Assembly (NCBI GenBank): GCA_963796105.1
Contig: CAWCKJ010000004.1
Coordinates: 352,001 to 416,000 of the forward strand
Length of the DNA: 64,000 bases
Source of the DNA: a candidate division FCPU426 bacterium
GTDB taxonomy: Bacteria > Oederibacteriota > Muellerivitia > Muellerivitales > Muellerivitaceae
Reading direction: 5' to 3'
A program made the translations under genes and the position numbers. The notes beneath the pieces are model-generated. The model was not told the DNA's origin and did not search any database. It saw only the letters and a program-made list of their open reading frames with translations. Positions 11,001 to 19,423 of the stretch are shown here, in pieces (positions within the stretch are counted from its first letter, which is position 1; each line of letters begins with the position of its first letter).

Positions 11001-12177
11001 CCGTCAGGACCCGGCCGACGTCGCCTTCCAGGAAATCCAGGTTGTCCCGCTGATTCAATTGCGCGTTGAATTTCGCGTCCTCGACCGCGGGAGCTGATTC
11101 TTCGATGCCGACCACGTAGTCCGCTTTGTTGGATACAGCCAGGGCTAGGGTCCCAATCCCGCAATAGAGGTCCAGGAGCATCTCCCATTTCTTCTTATGC
11201 TCCGGGTCGCCGAGCGCCTCCCTGACCACGGTATGGAGGATATCCGCCTGGGGTGTGTTCACCTGGAGGAAGGACATCAGGGACACCCTCAGTCTGAGAT
11301 CGTCGATCACCTCGAAACAGTGGTCCCTTCCGGCCAAGAGGCGCGTCGTGGTCCCGAAAACGGAATTGGTCCGGGAGGGATTGATGTTTTGAAGCACGCC
11401 CACCAATCCCGGGACTTCCTCCAAAAGCTCCGCCGAGATCCTGGGGAGGATTCGGTCCAAGGTTTCTAAGATCAGGGCCGGCTTTTGAAGGCGCTCCTCG
11501 GGGGTTTCCGAGCGGGTGATGAAGGACAACAGCATTTCCCCTGTTTTTACCCCGTGCCGGACGGCCAAGTGCCTCAGGAAACCCGTGTGTTTCTTCTCCT
11601 GGTACGGCGTCAAACCTGAGCGGTCGATTTTCCTTAGGACTTTTTGGATCAAGTCGTTGACGGGATCCCCCTGGATGGGGCAGGTCTGGTAAGGAACGAG
11701 GTGATGGGAACGGGGTTCGTAAATTCCCGAGACAAAATGTCCTTCCCGCATCGAGAGAACCGGAAGGGCCTTGTTGCGGTAAGCGTAGGGGCTGGGCGAG
11801 GGTAGGCAGGGCTGAACCAGGACGTTTGAAAGGTGGCCGATTCTTTGGAAGGCGTCCACAACAAATTGGCGCTTGGCTTGGAGCTGACGGGAATATTGCA
11901 GGTGCTGCCATTGGCATCCCCCGCACTCCTCGAATACGGAACAGGCTGGAACCACGCGGTCCGGTGATCTTTTCAGGAAGTTAAGAATCTCCCCCGTGGC
12001 GTAATGATCCTTTACTTGGTTGATCTTTACGGCCACCCTCTCGCCGGGAAGGCCGCCCGGGACAAATACGGCAAAATCACGGTAACGCCCTACTGAATCC
12101 CCCCCGAAGGCGAGGGAGTGGATGTCGATCTCGATGATGTCGCCGTGGTGTACGGGTTTGACGAATTTGGTTTCCAT
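8035..12177 (-). CDS. rlmD: 23S rRNA m5U methyltransferase (RlmD/RumA family) fused to a TM helix and a C-terminal glycoside-hydrolase-like region
   Basis: N-terminal ~477 aa has TRAM, CSVFEECGGCQWQH, SFLQVN, DLYCGIG, DPPRKG, YVSC and DMFPQTYHVE. The frame continues ~900 aa with a TM segment (LIGWAVLIVLLLSVGAYW) and DIIGLDYVR. Confidence 0.85.
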   Translation of the reverse strand: METKFVKPVHHGDIIEIDIHSLAFGGDSVGRYRDFAVFVPGGLPGERVAVKINQVKDHYATGEILNFLKRSPDRVVPACSVFEECGGCQWQHLQYSRQLQAKRQFVVDAFQRIGHLSNVLVQPCLPSPSPYAYRNKALPVLSMREGHFVSGIYEPRSHHLVPYQTCPIQGDPVNDLIQKVLRKIDRSGLTPYQEKKHTGFLRHLAVRHGVKTGEMLLSFITRSETPEERLQKPALILETLDRILPRISAELLEEVPGLVGVLQNINPSRTNSVFGTTTRLLAGRDHCFEVIDDLRLRVSLMSFLQVNTPQADILHTVVREALGDPEHKKKWEMLLDLYCGIGTLALAVSNKADYVVGIEESAPAVEDAKFNAQLNQRDNLDFLEGDVGRVLTGLRDKGMTQLDAVIMDPPRKGVLPEFLAHLTAFHPERLVYVSCDPSTLARDLSLLTKHGYRADWAQPLDMFPQTYHVETVVRLTREKSVPLGDISTLSPKNLEPFRLPKTEPTVLNIKSVIKEAGKYLPRVGLILEKLSGKGKDWIWPFFSFIPWAVKKILTGLSFLFRYSLIAVRWFFSSFPFLFRSIVGLIWNMNQWRKSYFSRKSPAIDKAHSFPAEKKTKDLEEAYSETKRVLTEWVETPFQEEWEEENAIQLNPEMADEIPSPLASGRVSTPLSRAGIGHEESHEKDIVDVPENTQKPNLEWPSPEFLPLLRPAPRWESWKGIYQAFVERSLIGWAVLIVLLLSVGAYWAKATLSPSRAKNVLQAPSVSQMIPDAIAVMPTRTFFRYEMVPFEVRVNPKDSTYFSDIHASVEVFRDGEPVNMVDGRSKLYLRKDQEGKKLLGNWPIPYNPKAGTYIAEVIITSPQWKVPRTFESAFTIAHLKPHGLYPGYAALTMEGGKQLVNGAVPPLDGNGSSSTSNAIDWAKFMGANLYCDLMGQTSIWDHFVQADFPYNRLEMETGRRYARAAHAKGLQFAGYMTTFKVEGDAWKQAPYDFSLGYDPDSDEVIQTRFISLDDKKRRKDIIDFLRKMDQEPLVDIIGLDYVRTGFAGYEMVDEFVRDLNVPGPMDFWSMSKQDRIHWLARTVELKENPQVVALFEWWRAHKVSLALKSILDEAKVTKPVFTFTLGWEMGHQHGQDPAMFIDAGVAFNHIMLYEGTREHIEAMKRHWPVYLSRENGMYAMGEMVDFNWVQKTLEPPGPLELYNRENETFQNWFPENANLGMFWHDLYRLVWGIRGPYTTMEWTIAGGKAFTTLQQAEGLLPIDVTVTAPKEASVGVPVPLSVEIRNHSPEDLKGVVLHQIDTSKNYLDELATLGPFELPAGNMVKVKSLFLNMPREPHPERDNRYMAAVMVEKQGDPLRVFDFVYVKGLPLGTAVKKLDTP

Positions 12178-12573
12178 TCAGTTATTTAGGTTACCCTTTC
12201 AAGTTCCAGGATCAATCCATTCATTCGATAATTAAACGTCAAATCAATTTGGGCTGTTTTACTGATGCGCAACTAAGCTAACTGCCTTATCGAATAAATT
12301 ATTTTAACTGTTATTTCAACCAGGGCAACCTGGGTTTTGGGGTTAAAGCTCTTCCCCATTGGTATCAAAACTCATCCTCAAGCTACAAACTGCATACTTT
12401 AAGGCCTTATATACAACTTCTTGTGGCGGCAAACCTTGCGGTAGGAAAACCGAGCAAAAGAAGGGGCTGGTATCTTACCGATTTCCATAAAAGTGTTTGG
12501 CTTTGGGAAAAAGACAAGATGAAATTTTGGATACCGTGGTAAAGGATGAAACTCGCTGAACGCGGGTTTCAGG

Positions 12574-13266
12574 TCAATGCTTGACGGCGGGGGCGGCCTT
12601 GGGCGCGGTGGCGTCGCCCTCCAACCGCAAATAGTCGAGATAAACCACGACGGGCTCCGTGGCTCCCGTAAGATCCACCCAGAACTTGATAGACCGGATG
12701 TTGCTTAAATCCAGGCGGGCTTGGATCATCTTGTCCAAGGGAACATCAATGTTGGTGACTTTCTTGGGCGTCAAGGGCCCAGTGATATCGGAAAAAACAA
12801 ACCCGTGGGAATCAGCTACTTCCATATGATAAATCACAGGATGATCCTGGGGATTGAAGACATCCAGTTTCAAATCGGCGTATTCCTGCCACTCATAAAC
12901 CTTCAATTGGGTAACGGAATTGGTGTCGAGGGACATTTGGGGGCGCCATTCAACGCCGGGAGTGGGGGTGGGGAAAAACTGGCTTTGCAGGAGAAAGGTG
13001 GCTTTCGCGCAAAGCTTGCCGTGGGTCTGGTTTTCCTTGGCGGGTTCTATTTTGACGTAGCCCCCGGTCATCCAATCGAAATCGTCATTGGGATACTCGA
13101 AATCCGTGATCACCATGCTTTTGGTCAGGTTTTTGTGATGTTTGAAAATACCCCCCAAACCCAAGCCGGTCACAAGGGCATATCCCAAAGCCAGTAAAAA
13201 AACGATTCCCAGAATCCAAAGAAATGCGCGCATTTGCTTTCCTATTTTTCCAAGAAATTCAATCAA
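12574..13266 (-). CDS. Membrane-anchored protein with CBM-like (galactose-binding-like) domain
   Basis: N-terminal TM; ITDFE, EWQEYADLKLDVFNP, RLDLSNIRSIKFW, VYLDYLRLE. Confidence 0.55.
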   Translation of the reverse strand: MIEFLGKIGKQMRAFLWILGIVFLLALGYALVTGLGLGGIFKHHKNLTKSMVITDFEYPNDDFDWMTGGYVKIEPAKENQTHGKLCAKATFLLQSQFFPTPTPGVEWRPQMSLDTNSVTQLKVYEWQEYADLKLDVFNPQDHPVIYHMEVADSHGFVFSDITGPLTPKKVTNIDVPLDKMIQARLDLSNIRSIKFWVDLTGATEPVVVYLDYLRLEGDATAPKAAPAVKH

Positions 13267-13463
13267 CCAAGTGAGGCGGAGGCATTGTATCAGCCCTTTG
13301 GGTGTCCTGCAACTTTCCTGGTTATACTTTTCCTTATATATAGCCGATTAGAATTGAACGGAATTTGGGCCGAGGGTTTGTCGTTTGGCTTTTTAAGCAT
13401 TCCTAAGCCAGGCGCCTCCAGGATTTTATCATCCTTGGATTCCACCCTGATCATGGCCTCCTG

Positions 13464-14492
13464 CTATTTCTTGGATTTGGATGACTTCCGGACAACCAAT
13501 TGGCCGGGAACCAATATTTGCCGGGGCTTCCATTGCTCCGGCTCCTTGACCTTCTCCAGCAGGATTCGAGTGGCTTCCACGCTGATGGTCCTGTAATCCT
13601 GCCGGATGGTCGTCAGGGAATAAGGAGCTTTCGAGACCTCCGGAATGTCGTCGAAACCAACCAAGTCGATATCCTTTCCCACTTTCAATTTGGCTTTTTC
13701 CAGGGCCTTGATCGCTCCCATCGCCATGAGGTCATTGGAGGCGAAAACCGCCGTAGGTTTGTCCCGAAGCGCCAGGAGTTTTTTCATGGCTTCCTCTCCG
13801 GATTCCTCGAGGAAATTTCCGCCCACGATATATTCCGGGGGGATTTTGAGCCCATGTTTTTCCATAGCGGACTGGAAGCCTGCCAGCCGGTCGGCGGCGT
13901 TGCGCGAATTGTCCACCTGCCCGGTGATAATGGCGATCTTCCTGTGTTTTAATCCCGCAAAGTGGTCCACCACCTGGCCCACCGCTTGGATGTTATCGGT
14001 ATCCACGAAATCCAAACTTGGGTCCGAGGTCCTGTAGCCCACCAGCACGATCGGCACCCGGTTGTTCAAGATCAGGCCCAGGTCCTTTTCCTCCAGGTAC
14101 GGCGAAACCATGAGGATGCCGTCCACGACGTTGTTGAAAACCCGCTTGTAAACTTCCTGCGGGTCGAAAACCCCCGCGATGGTATTGATCAATAGGCCGA
14201 ATTGGTTTTCCTGGACAACCTGGTTGACGCCGTTCAAAAGTTCCAAGTACCAGGCGCTTTCCATGTTGAACTGGTAACCCGGCCAGGAGAAAAAAACCTC
14301 GATCAGGTTGGTCTGTTTGATCACCAGTCCGCGCGCGATGGGGTTCGGCTTGAAATGTAGCTCCTCGATGGCTTGAAGGACTTTTTTCCGCGTCTCTTCC
14401 AGGACATTCGGGTTCTTGTTCAGGACCCGCGAAACAGTCGAGATGGAAACTCCCGCCTTTTGGGCGACATCATAAATGGTGTTGACAGCCAT
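13464..14492 (-). CDS. LacI-family transcriptional regulator
   Basis: TIYDVAQKAGVSISTVSRVLN HTH; AVFASNDLMAMGA, VGFDD, LTTIRQ. Confidence 0.95.
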   Translation of the reverse strand: MAVNTIYDVAQKAGVSISTVSRVLNKNPNVLEETRKKVLQAIEELHFKPNPIARGLVIKQTNLIEVFFSWPGYQFNMESAWYLELLNGVNQVVQENQFGLLINTIAGVFDPQEVYKRVFNNVVDGILMVSPYLEEKDLGLILNNRVPIVLVGYRTSDPSLDFVDTDNIQAVGQVVDHFAGLKHRKIAIITGQVDNSRNAADRLAGFQSAMEKHGLKIPPEYIVGGNFLEESGEEAMKKLLALRDKPTAVFASNDLMAMGAIKALEKAKLKVGKDIDLVGFDDIPEVSKAPYSLTTIRQDYRTISVEATRILLEKVKEPEQWKPRQILVPGQLVVRKSSKSKK

Positions 14493-14527
14493 AGGTCTCC
14501 TTGTTTCTTAAGGGAAAATATTTCCGC

Positions 14528-14540
14528 GAAAACGGTTTTC
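14528..14540. promoter_or_regulatory. Candidate LacI-type operator (autoregulation)
   Basis: Palindrome GAAAACGGTTTTC about 36 bp upstream of the lacI start; nearby TGAAAGCG half-site on the minus strand (~14563-14570). Confidence 0.45.
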
Positions 14541-14982
14541 TTCCCCGTTTCATGCTTTCATGCGCTTTCATCAGCTTACCCAATGATCTCCTGGAGTTTT
14601 TTAAAGATGGATAAAAAAAGGATTATCTCGGGCCTGATCAAAGACAACCTCATTATACCCCCGCTCGAATGGAATTTCATTTTCCTTTTGAGTCAACCAG
14701 ATCAAAAAGCCAGAACGGCGGGAAATCTTGTCAAGGGACGGTCATTCGCACCCCATACCAGCCTTCTATTCACCTGATAGCGAGGCTGGCATAGTACCGA
14801 TTTCTATATCTGTCTTATTGCAAATCGGTACAGCGTAGTGCAGGGCTTGGGGTCACTTTTGATGGCCCGAATATCATTTCAGGCCCAAGCCCGGAATTTC
14901 ATTTGCCGGTTAAACGAAGTGCAATTGGAATCGATGTAAGCAGCGAAAGGAATGTAAGCCGGACTCTTTGTTTCCAATCCGT

Positions 14983-17553
14983 TTAACGAACGACGAGCAC
15001 TTTGAATTTCGTGTTCTTGGTCGATTGGTCGGCGTAGTGGACTTTGATTCGAACAATATAAAGCCCGGACGCGGCGTGGGAAGGCATCCAGGCGTGACGG
15101 TTTGTGTTGGCGAACTCAAGATGGGCCGTTAATTCCCCCGCGACCGTGTAAATCCACCATTCACTGCTGAGGGGCTGTTTGTCGAAAAACAGCTGGATAG
15201 CCTGTCCATTCGCGGAAACGGTCGGGCCCAGAAGCAATCCATGGCTCGATGGGTTGTATAAAGGCGTGGGAGTAATCGTGGGGGTGTTCGTGATCGTGGG
15301 GGGGAGAGTAATGGTTGGAGTGAGTGTGATAGTCGGCGTGTTCGTGATCGTAAAGGTCGGGGTGGGCGATCCCCGGTAATTCATGACCAATCCCCAATCC
15401 CAAGCGGTGGAAGGCACGGTGACGTTCATGGCACCGCCCGAGGCGGTCGCGGTGCCGGTTGAGGAAAGGGCGCCGGTTTGGGTGTTGTACCAATGGGTGT
15501 TCCAGGTGCCGTTCGTGCCGACTCCGATAAATTGAACCGTTCCAGTGAGGGCCGGGGGGGCGCCGTTGGCAAGGACATACGCGTAATTGTAGTTGCGGTT
15601 GGTCACCCAGGCCGCGATGGTTTGGGCCGACTGGAGGGCGTAGGTTTTCAACCCAGCCACACAGCCCCCAAAGACATAAGTGGTGTCCATCCAATCCGTC
15701 CCCGTGTCGCTCACGAAAAGGGTCGCTGGCCCGGCTGGCACCGGCACCGAATAGGTGGTGTTGGAGACGGCCTGGCTGTTCAAGACCTGGGTCCCATTGA
15801 GGGTGATGTTGAGAATCGGCACCCCGGGCGTGGGGCAGATGTTGCCCACCTGCACCCGGAAATTACCCGCCGCCGGGTAATTACAGATGAAAGTCGGGGG
15901 GTTGACCAAGGTGGGGTGGTAGGAGCCGTAAAGCTCGGAGGACAGACTCCCCACGCCGGGGGACAAGGTGCCGTTGGAATTTACGGTGAAGCGGTTGGCG
16001 GCGGCGACGGTTCCCCACCCCAGGGACCCCGTGACGGTGAGGTCGGCGTAGGAAGAAGCCGTGACCAGGGGTTGGTTGAAGGTGAACCCCGAATGGACGA
16101 AATCCAGCAAGGAAGCGAAGGTGGAAAGCCCCTTGTAGTTGTAATAAAGGTTTTGCGGGTCGATGTAGTCGTCCCACCACCACATGGCCCCGCTCCCGTC
16201 AGACTCGCCTAGCAGGTCTCCCCACATGACGTTATGAAACTCGATTCCGCCGGGGTCCATGGACACAGGGGCGGAGGAGGAACTGACCCCGAACTCCCCC
16301 ACGTGCACGGGTTTGGAGGGGTAACTGCCCCGGTAGTTCTCGACGGTCCCGTGGATGCCGTCTTCCATGGCGGGGGAGGAATTATAAAAGTGTATCTGGG
16401 TGTAATCGATCAAGGAGGAGTTCCAAACATTCGGGTCGAACTGGCTTTCGGCGAAACTGGTGGTGACCAGGTGCAGGCTGTCGAGCGACTTGACGTAAGA
16501 GGCCATGTTTTCAAGCCAGGCGGCCACATCGGCTTGCACCGTGACGCTGGAGGTGTAATTGTCAGTCCACTCGATCTCATTGGCCAATTCCCAACACAGG
16601 GAAGGGTCATAGCCCCAGCGGGCCACGCAATAGCGCAGGTGCTGTTTCCAATAACTGATGGCGGTGGGGTTCGTGAAAAAATCCGTGGTGGTGGAACAGG
16701 GCCCCCCGTTGGTGCTGTTGTAGGGGCTTTGGGCCCAATTGGGATTGACGGTGGAGGAGACTGACCCGTGGTTCAAGAGGCACAGTTCCACCACGATGCC
16801 GTTGGTCCGGGCCTTTTCCAGGTCATAATCCAGCCGCCAGGCGTCGTACTGATAATAGGAGTAATTCCCCAGGCCCGGGGTGGAGTTTGGGTTCGTCCAC
16901 TCGATCTCGTGGTACCAGGGGCACATCCAATAACGGGCGAAATTTGCCCCCTGGGAGGACATCTTGGGAATCCACTGGTCGTAATCGAAGGTTCCCCCTC
17001 CGTAGTTGTCTTCATAGTCCCCCCAGCCCACGTCCTCCCCGATGGGAATGAATTGGGTGTTGTCGTCGTATTGGAAATAGCGTGGATCGGATGAAATCTT
17101 CGGAAAACCCTTGAGCGTGGAAGCGTTGCAATTGAAAGTTTGAGGGCCGTAGGTCCCGGTTCCCGACCCCGAATCCACCGCAGTCAGGTTATAGGTCCAG
17201 GTGCCGGTAGCGTTGGGGGAAAACCGTATCTTCCAGACGGGCGAACCGCTGGAGGTTAAAACCTCGGGCGGCCCCGAGCGGGTATAGGCCTGGTAATAAA
17301 ACCCATAGGCGGTGATGGCCTGAGAACCATTGGTGAAGACACCGTAAACGTTGATCTGGGAGGGGTTGTAAGGGTTGCCGTAGGTTGTCCCGGAAAGGGT
17401 AAAGGTCAGCTCAAATTTATCCAGGCGTTGGATGCTAGTGGAACTGGGGGTGACGCCGGTGAATACAGGCGAGGCCAGCGCTGGGTAAGTGAGGAAAGCC
17501 AGGTATGCAGTTAAGAGAGTCCGCGAAACAGAACGCACTAAAATCAAATTCAA
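14983..17553 (-). CDS. Secreted glycoside hydrolase (DUF5060-like N-terminus, GH5/clan-A-like barrel), T/P linker, C-terminal Ig/sorting-like domain
   Basis: NPYNP...GFY...WKIRFSP (DUF5060-like); RY.VARWG...WELANE (acid/base) and VGEFG (nucleophile); TPT repeats; IYTVAGEL...ASGLYIVRI. Confidence 0.8.
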   Translation of the reverse strand: MNLILVRSVSRTLLTAYLAFLTYPALASPVFTGVTPSSTSIQRLDKFELTFTLSGTTYGNPYNPSQINVYGVFTNGSQAITAYGFYYQAYTRSGPPEVLTSSGSPVWKIRFSPNATGTWTYNLTAVDSGSGTGTYGPQTFNCNASTLKGFPKISSDPRYFQYDDNTQFIPIGEDVGWGDYEDNYGGGTFDYDQWIPKMSSQGANFARYWMCPWYHEIEWTNPNSTPGLGNYSYYQYDAWRLDYDLEKARTNGIVVELCLLNHGSVSSTVNPNWAQSPYNSTNGGPCSTTTDFFTNPTAISYWKQHLRYCVARWGYDPSLCWELANEIEWTDNYTSSVTVQADVAAWLENMASYVKSLDSLHLVTTSFAESQFDPNVWNSSLIDYTQIHFYNSSPAMEDGIHGTVENYRGSYPSKPVHVGEFGVSSSSAPVSMDPGGIEFHNVMWGDLLGESDGSGAMWWWDDYIDPQNLYYNYKGLSTFASLLDFVHSGFTFNQPLVTASSYADLTVTGSLGWGTVAAANRFTVNSNGTLSPGVGSLSSELYGSYHPTLVNPPTFICNYPAAGNFRVQVGNICPTPGVPILNITLNGTQVLNSQAVSNTTYSVPVPAGPATLFVSDTGTDWMDTTYVFGGCVAGLKTYALQSAQTIAAWVTNRNYNYAYVLANGAPPALTGTVQFIGVGTNGTWNTHWYNTQTGALSSTGTATASGGAMNVTVPSTAWDWGLVMNYRGSPTPTFTITNTPTITLTPTITLPPTITNTPTITPTPLYNPSSHGLLLGPTVSANGQAIQLFFDKQPLSSEWWIYTVAGELTAHLEFANTNRHAWMPSHAASGLYIVRIKVHYADQSTKNTKFKVLVVR

Positions 17554-17740
17554 ATCCTTTTAAACCAAGGTTTCCCAGCCAACCGCATCCTATTATGCAC
17601 TAATCATTTCAATGTGGGGCTGGCGTTAATGGGGTTTTGTTCTTCTATGGGGGATAAAAGATGAAAGCGATATTATTTGTCGGATATTCGCATGAAGCGT
17701 CTTGATGGAACTTCGAGGAAGAGATGAGGAGAAACCTGGA

Positions 17741-18253
17741 TTAGTTGAACCTTTGGATGTAACCCAGTTGGAAAACGGGGACCACTTGGTTCGTCAGCAA
17801 GACGGCGTCAAGTTCCGCCGCGAGGCCTCCCCAATTGACGTCCATGCCGGCGCCCCCATAATAAAAACCCAGGCCTTTGATCACCGAACCGAGGGAAATA
17901 ATCGTGCTGATAGCCCCTCCCAAATTCAGGTAGCCACCCACCAGGGATAGATTGGCGGAAAAACTTTTCGTGTCAGTTAATTTTTTTGACAGGTCGAGTT
18001 GTACGCTTTCCATCCCCGCCGACGAAAACCCGTTCAGCTTGAAACCATAATCCTTCAAATAATATCCCCCCACCAGGTTGAAGAATGGCGGGATATCCCC
18101 GACCGTCAGTCCCAAAACGGGGTATTCCCCTGAATAAGCTGATGGGTTCGAATCAGCGGCTCCGGCCGCAAGGGGAAAAAGGAGTGTCAAACAAAAGCCC
18201 ATCGAAAACACCAAAGCCTGGCAAAACCGATAGATCATCTTAAATTTCCTCAT
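17741..18253 (-). CDS. Hypothetical exported small beta-barrel-like protein
   Basis: 170 aa, GGAGG SD, signal peptide, alternating beta pattern, ends FQLGYIQRFN. Confidence 0.55.
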   Translation of the reverse strand: MRKFKMIYRFCQALVFSMGFCLTLLFPLAAGAADSNPSAYSGEYPVLGLTVGDIPPFFNLVGGYYLKDYGFKLNGFSSAGMESVQLDLSKKLTDTKSFSANLSLVGGYLNLGGAISTIISLGSVIKGLGFYYGGAGMDVNWGGLAAELDAVLLTNQVVPVFQLGYIQRFN

Positions 18254-18478
18254 ATCCCAACCTCCACTCGCATAGGTACAGCGATTTATATTTCAGCCGA
18301 TCTGGAAAAAGTGTCCACCCATCCCGGACTATCCCACAACCCGGTTATTTTATCTTTAAGGGTTGTTCGGCCATTCCTGTTTCGGGGGTCTTTTTGGTCG
18401 GCCGTTTTCCCGCAGGGGTGAAAGTGTTTGAGGAAATTAAGAAAAACTTGAACCTGAAGCTGGCCCATTTCGACCGCC

Positions 18479-18775
18479 ATTCCAACAGGAACCCCAGAAT
18501 CTACTACTAGGTTCCCCGGACTTGCTACTAGGAACCGTCAAAACTACTACTAGGAATCCGGAACCTGCTACTAGCTACCGCCGGATCTGCTACTAGGAAC
18601 GCCGAAACCTGCTACTAGGTACCCCGGAACCTGCGGGCAGGGCTCCCGACACCTGCGGGCAGGGTTCTCGGCACCTGCAGGCAGGGCTCATGGACCTGCG
18701 GGCAGGGTTACCGGCACCTGCGGGCAGGACTCCCGGAAAGTTCTCGGGTTCCCGGCTAGTTCTCGGGTTCCTGGC
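18479..18775. repeat. 21/22-bp-phased array A: 6 x CTGCTACTAGG-type then 5 x CTGCGGGCAGG-type cores, then 2 x AGTTCTCGGGTTCC
   Basis: Cores start at 18501, 18522, 18544, 18565, 18587, 18609, 18631, 18653, 18675, 18696, 18718, with variable 10-11-nt linkers. Confidence 0.9.
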
Positions 18776-18859
18776 CAGTTTTCTTGGTAAACCATTGGCT
18801 TCTGTTCTTCATCTATATCAAATGCTCCAAGCTCAAACGCCGCTGTTCAGCGGCGGTGA

Positions 18860-19288
18860 TTATTTCCCCTTCACGCGGACCACCAGGACTGGGATGGAGG
18901 TTTTGTGCCGAACTTCCGCGATGGTGCTCCCGTGGAACAGGTCGCCGAGGAAACGGTGCCCGTGTCCCGCCATGGCGATGAGGTCGAACTTCCCGCCCTC
19001 GGCCGTCTTGAGGATTTCCTGCGGGGGATTGCCCAGCGCCAGCTCCACCGTCACGAAGAGTCCCTGTGCCCTCAAGTCCCCGGCTTTTTTCTCCAGGTAT
19101 TCCCTGTCCACGACCATTTCCTCCGATTCGGCGAGCTTGAGGGTGTCGAAATTGCGCGCGACCCAGCCGTCGGCCACGTGCAGGAGGCGCAGTTCCGAGC
19201 CGTATTTTTTAGCCAATTCAACGGCGTGCGGAAGGATAGTCTCGTCCGCCGGGCCGTTCTCCAGCGCCACCAGGATTTTTTTGTACAT
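18860..19288 (-). CDS. Universal stress protein (UspA family)
   Basis: MYKKILVAL, DLIAMAGHGH...HGSTIAEV, IPVLVV. Confidence 0.92.
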   Translation of the reverse strand: MYKKILVALENGPADETILPHAVELAKKYGSELRLLHVADGWVARNFDTLKLAESEEMVVDREYLEKKAGDLRAQGLFVTVELALGNPPQEILKTAEGGKFDLIAMAGHGHRFLGDLFHGSTIAEVRHKTSIPVLVVRVKGK

Positions 19289-19344
19289 CGAAAACCTCCG
19301 TTCTCTTATGGGGCCAGGAAACCCAGGCCGATAGCGTCATCAAG

Positions 19345-19363
19345 GGCGACCCGAAGGGTCGCC
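19345..19363. repeat. REP-like GC hairpin
   Basis: GGCGACCC-GAA-GGGTCGCC between mntH and the USP gene. Confidence 0.45.
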
Positions 19364-19423
19364 ACTTGGCCGGTGCATAAACCCCGGCCAAGTACACGGC
19401 TTGTCCCAGCTTAAGCCGGGACC

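Noticed and set aside
14900..14990. Integron attC site after the GH gene
   Set aside because: GTTAAAC is present, but no proper R''/R' pairing, cassette array or integrase.
18479..18775. CRISPR array
   Set aside because: Repeats (11-12 bp) and spacers (10-11 bp) are far too short, the core changes mid-array, and no cas genes are present.
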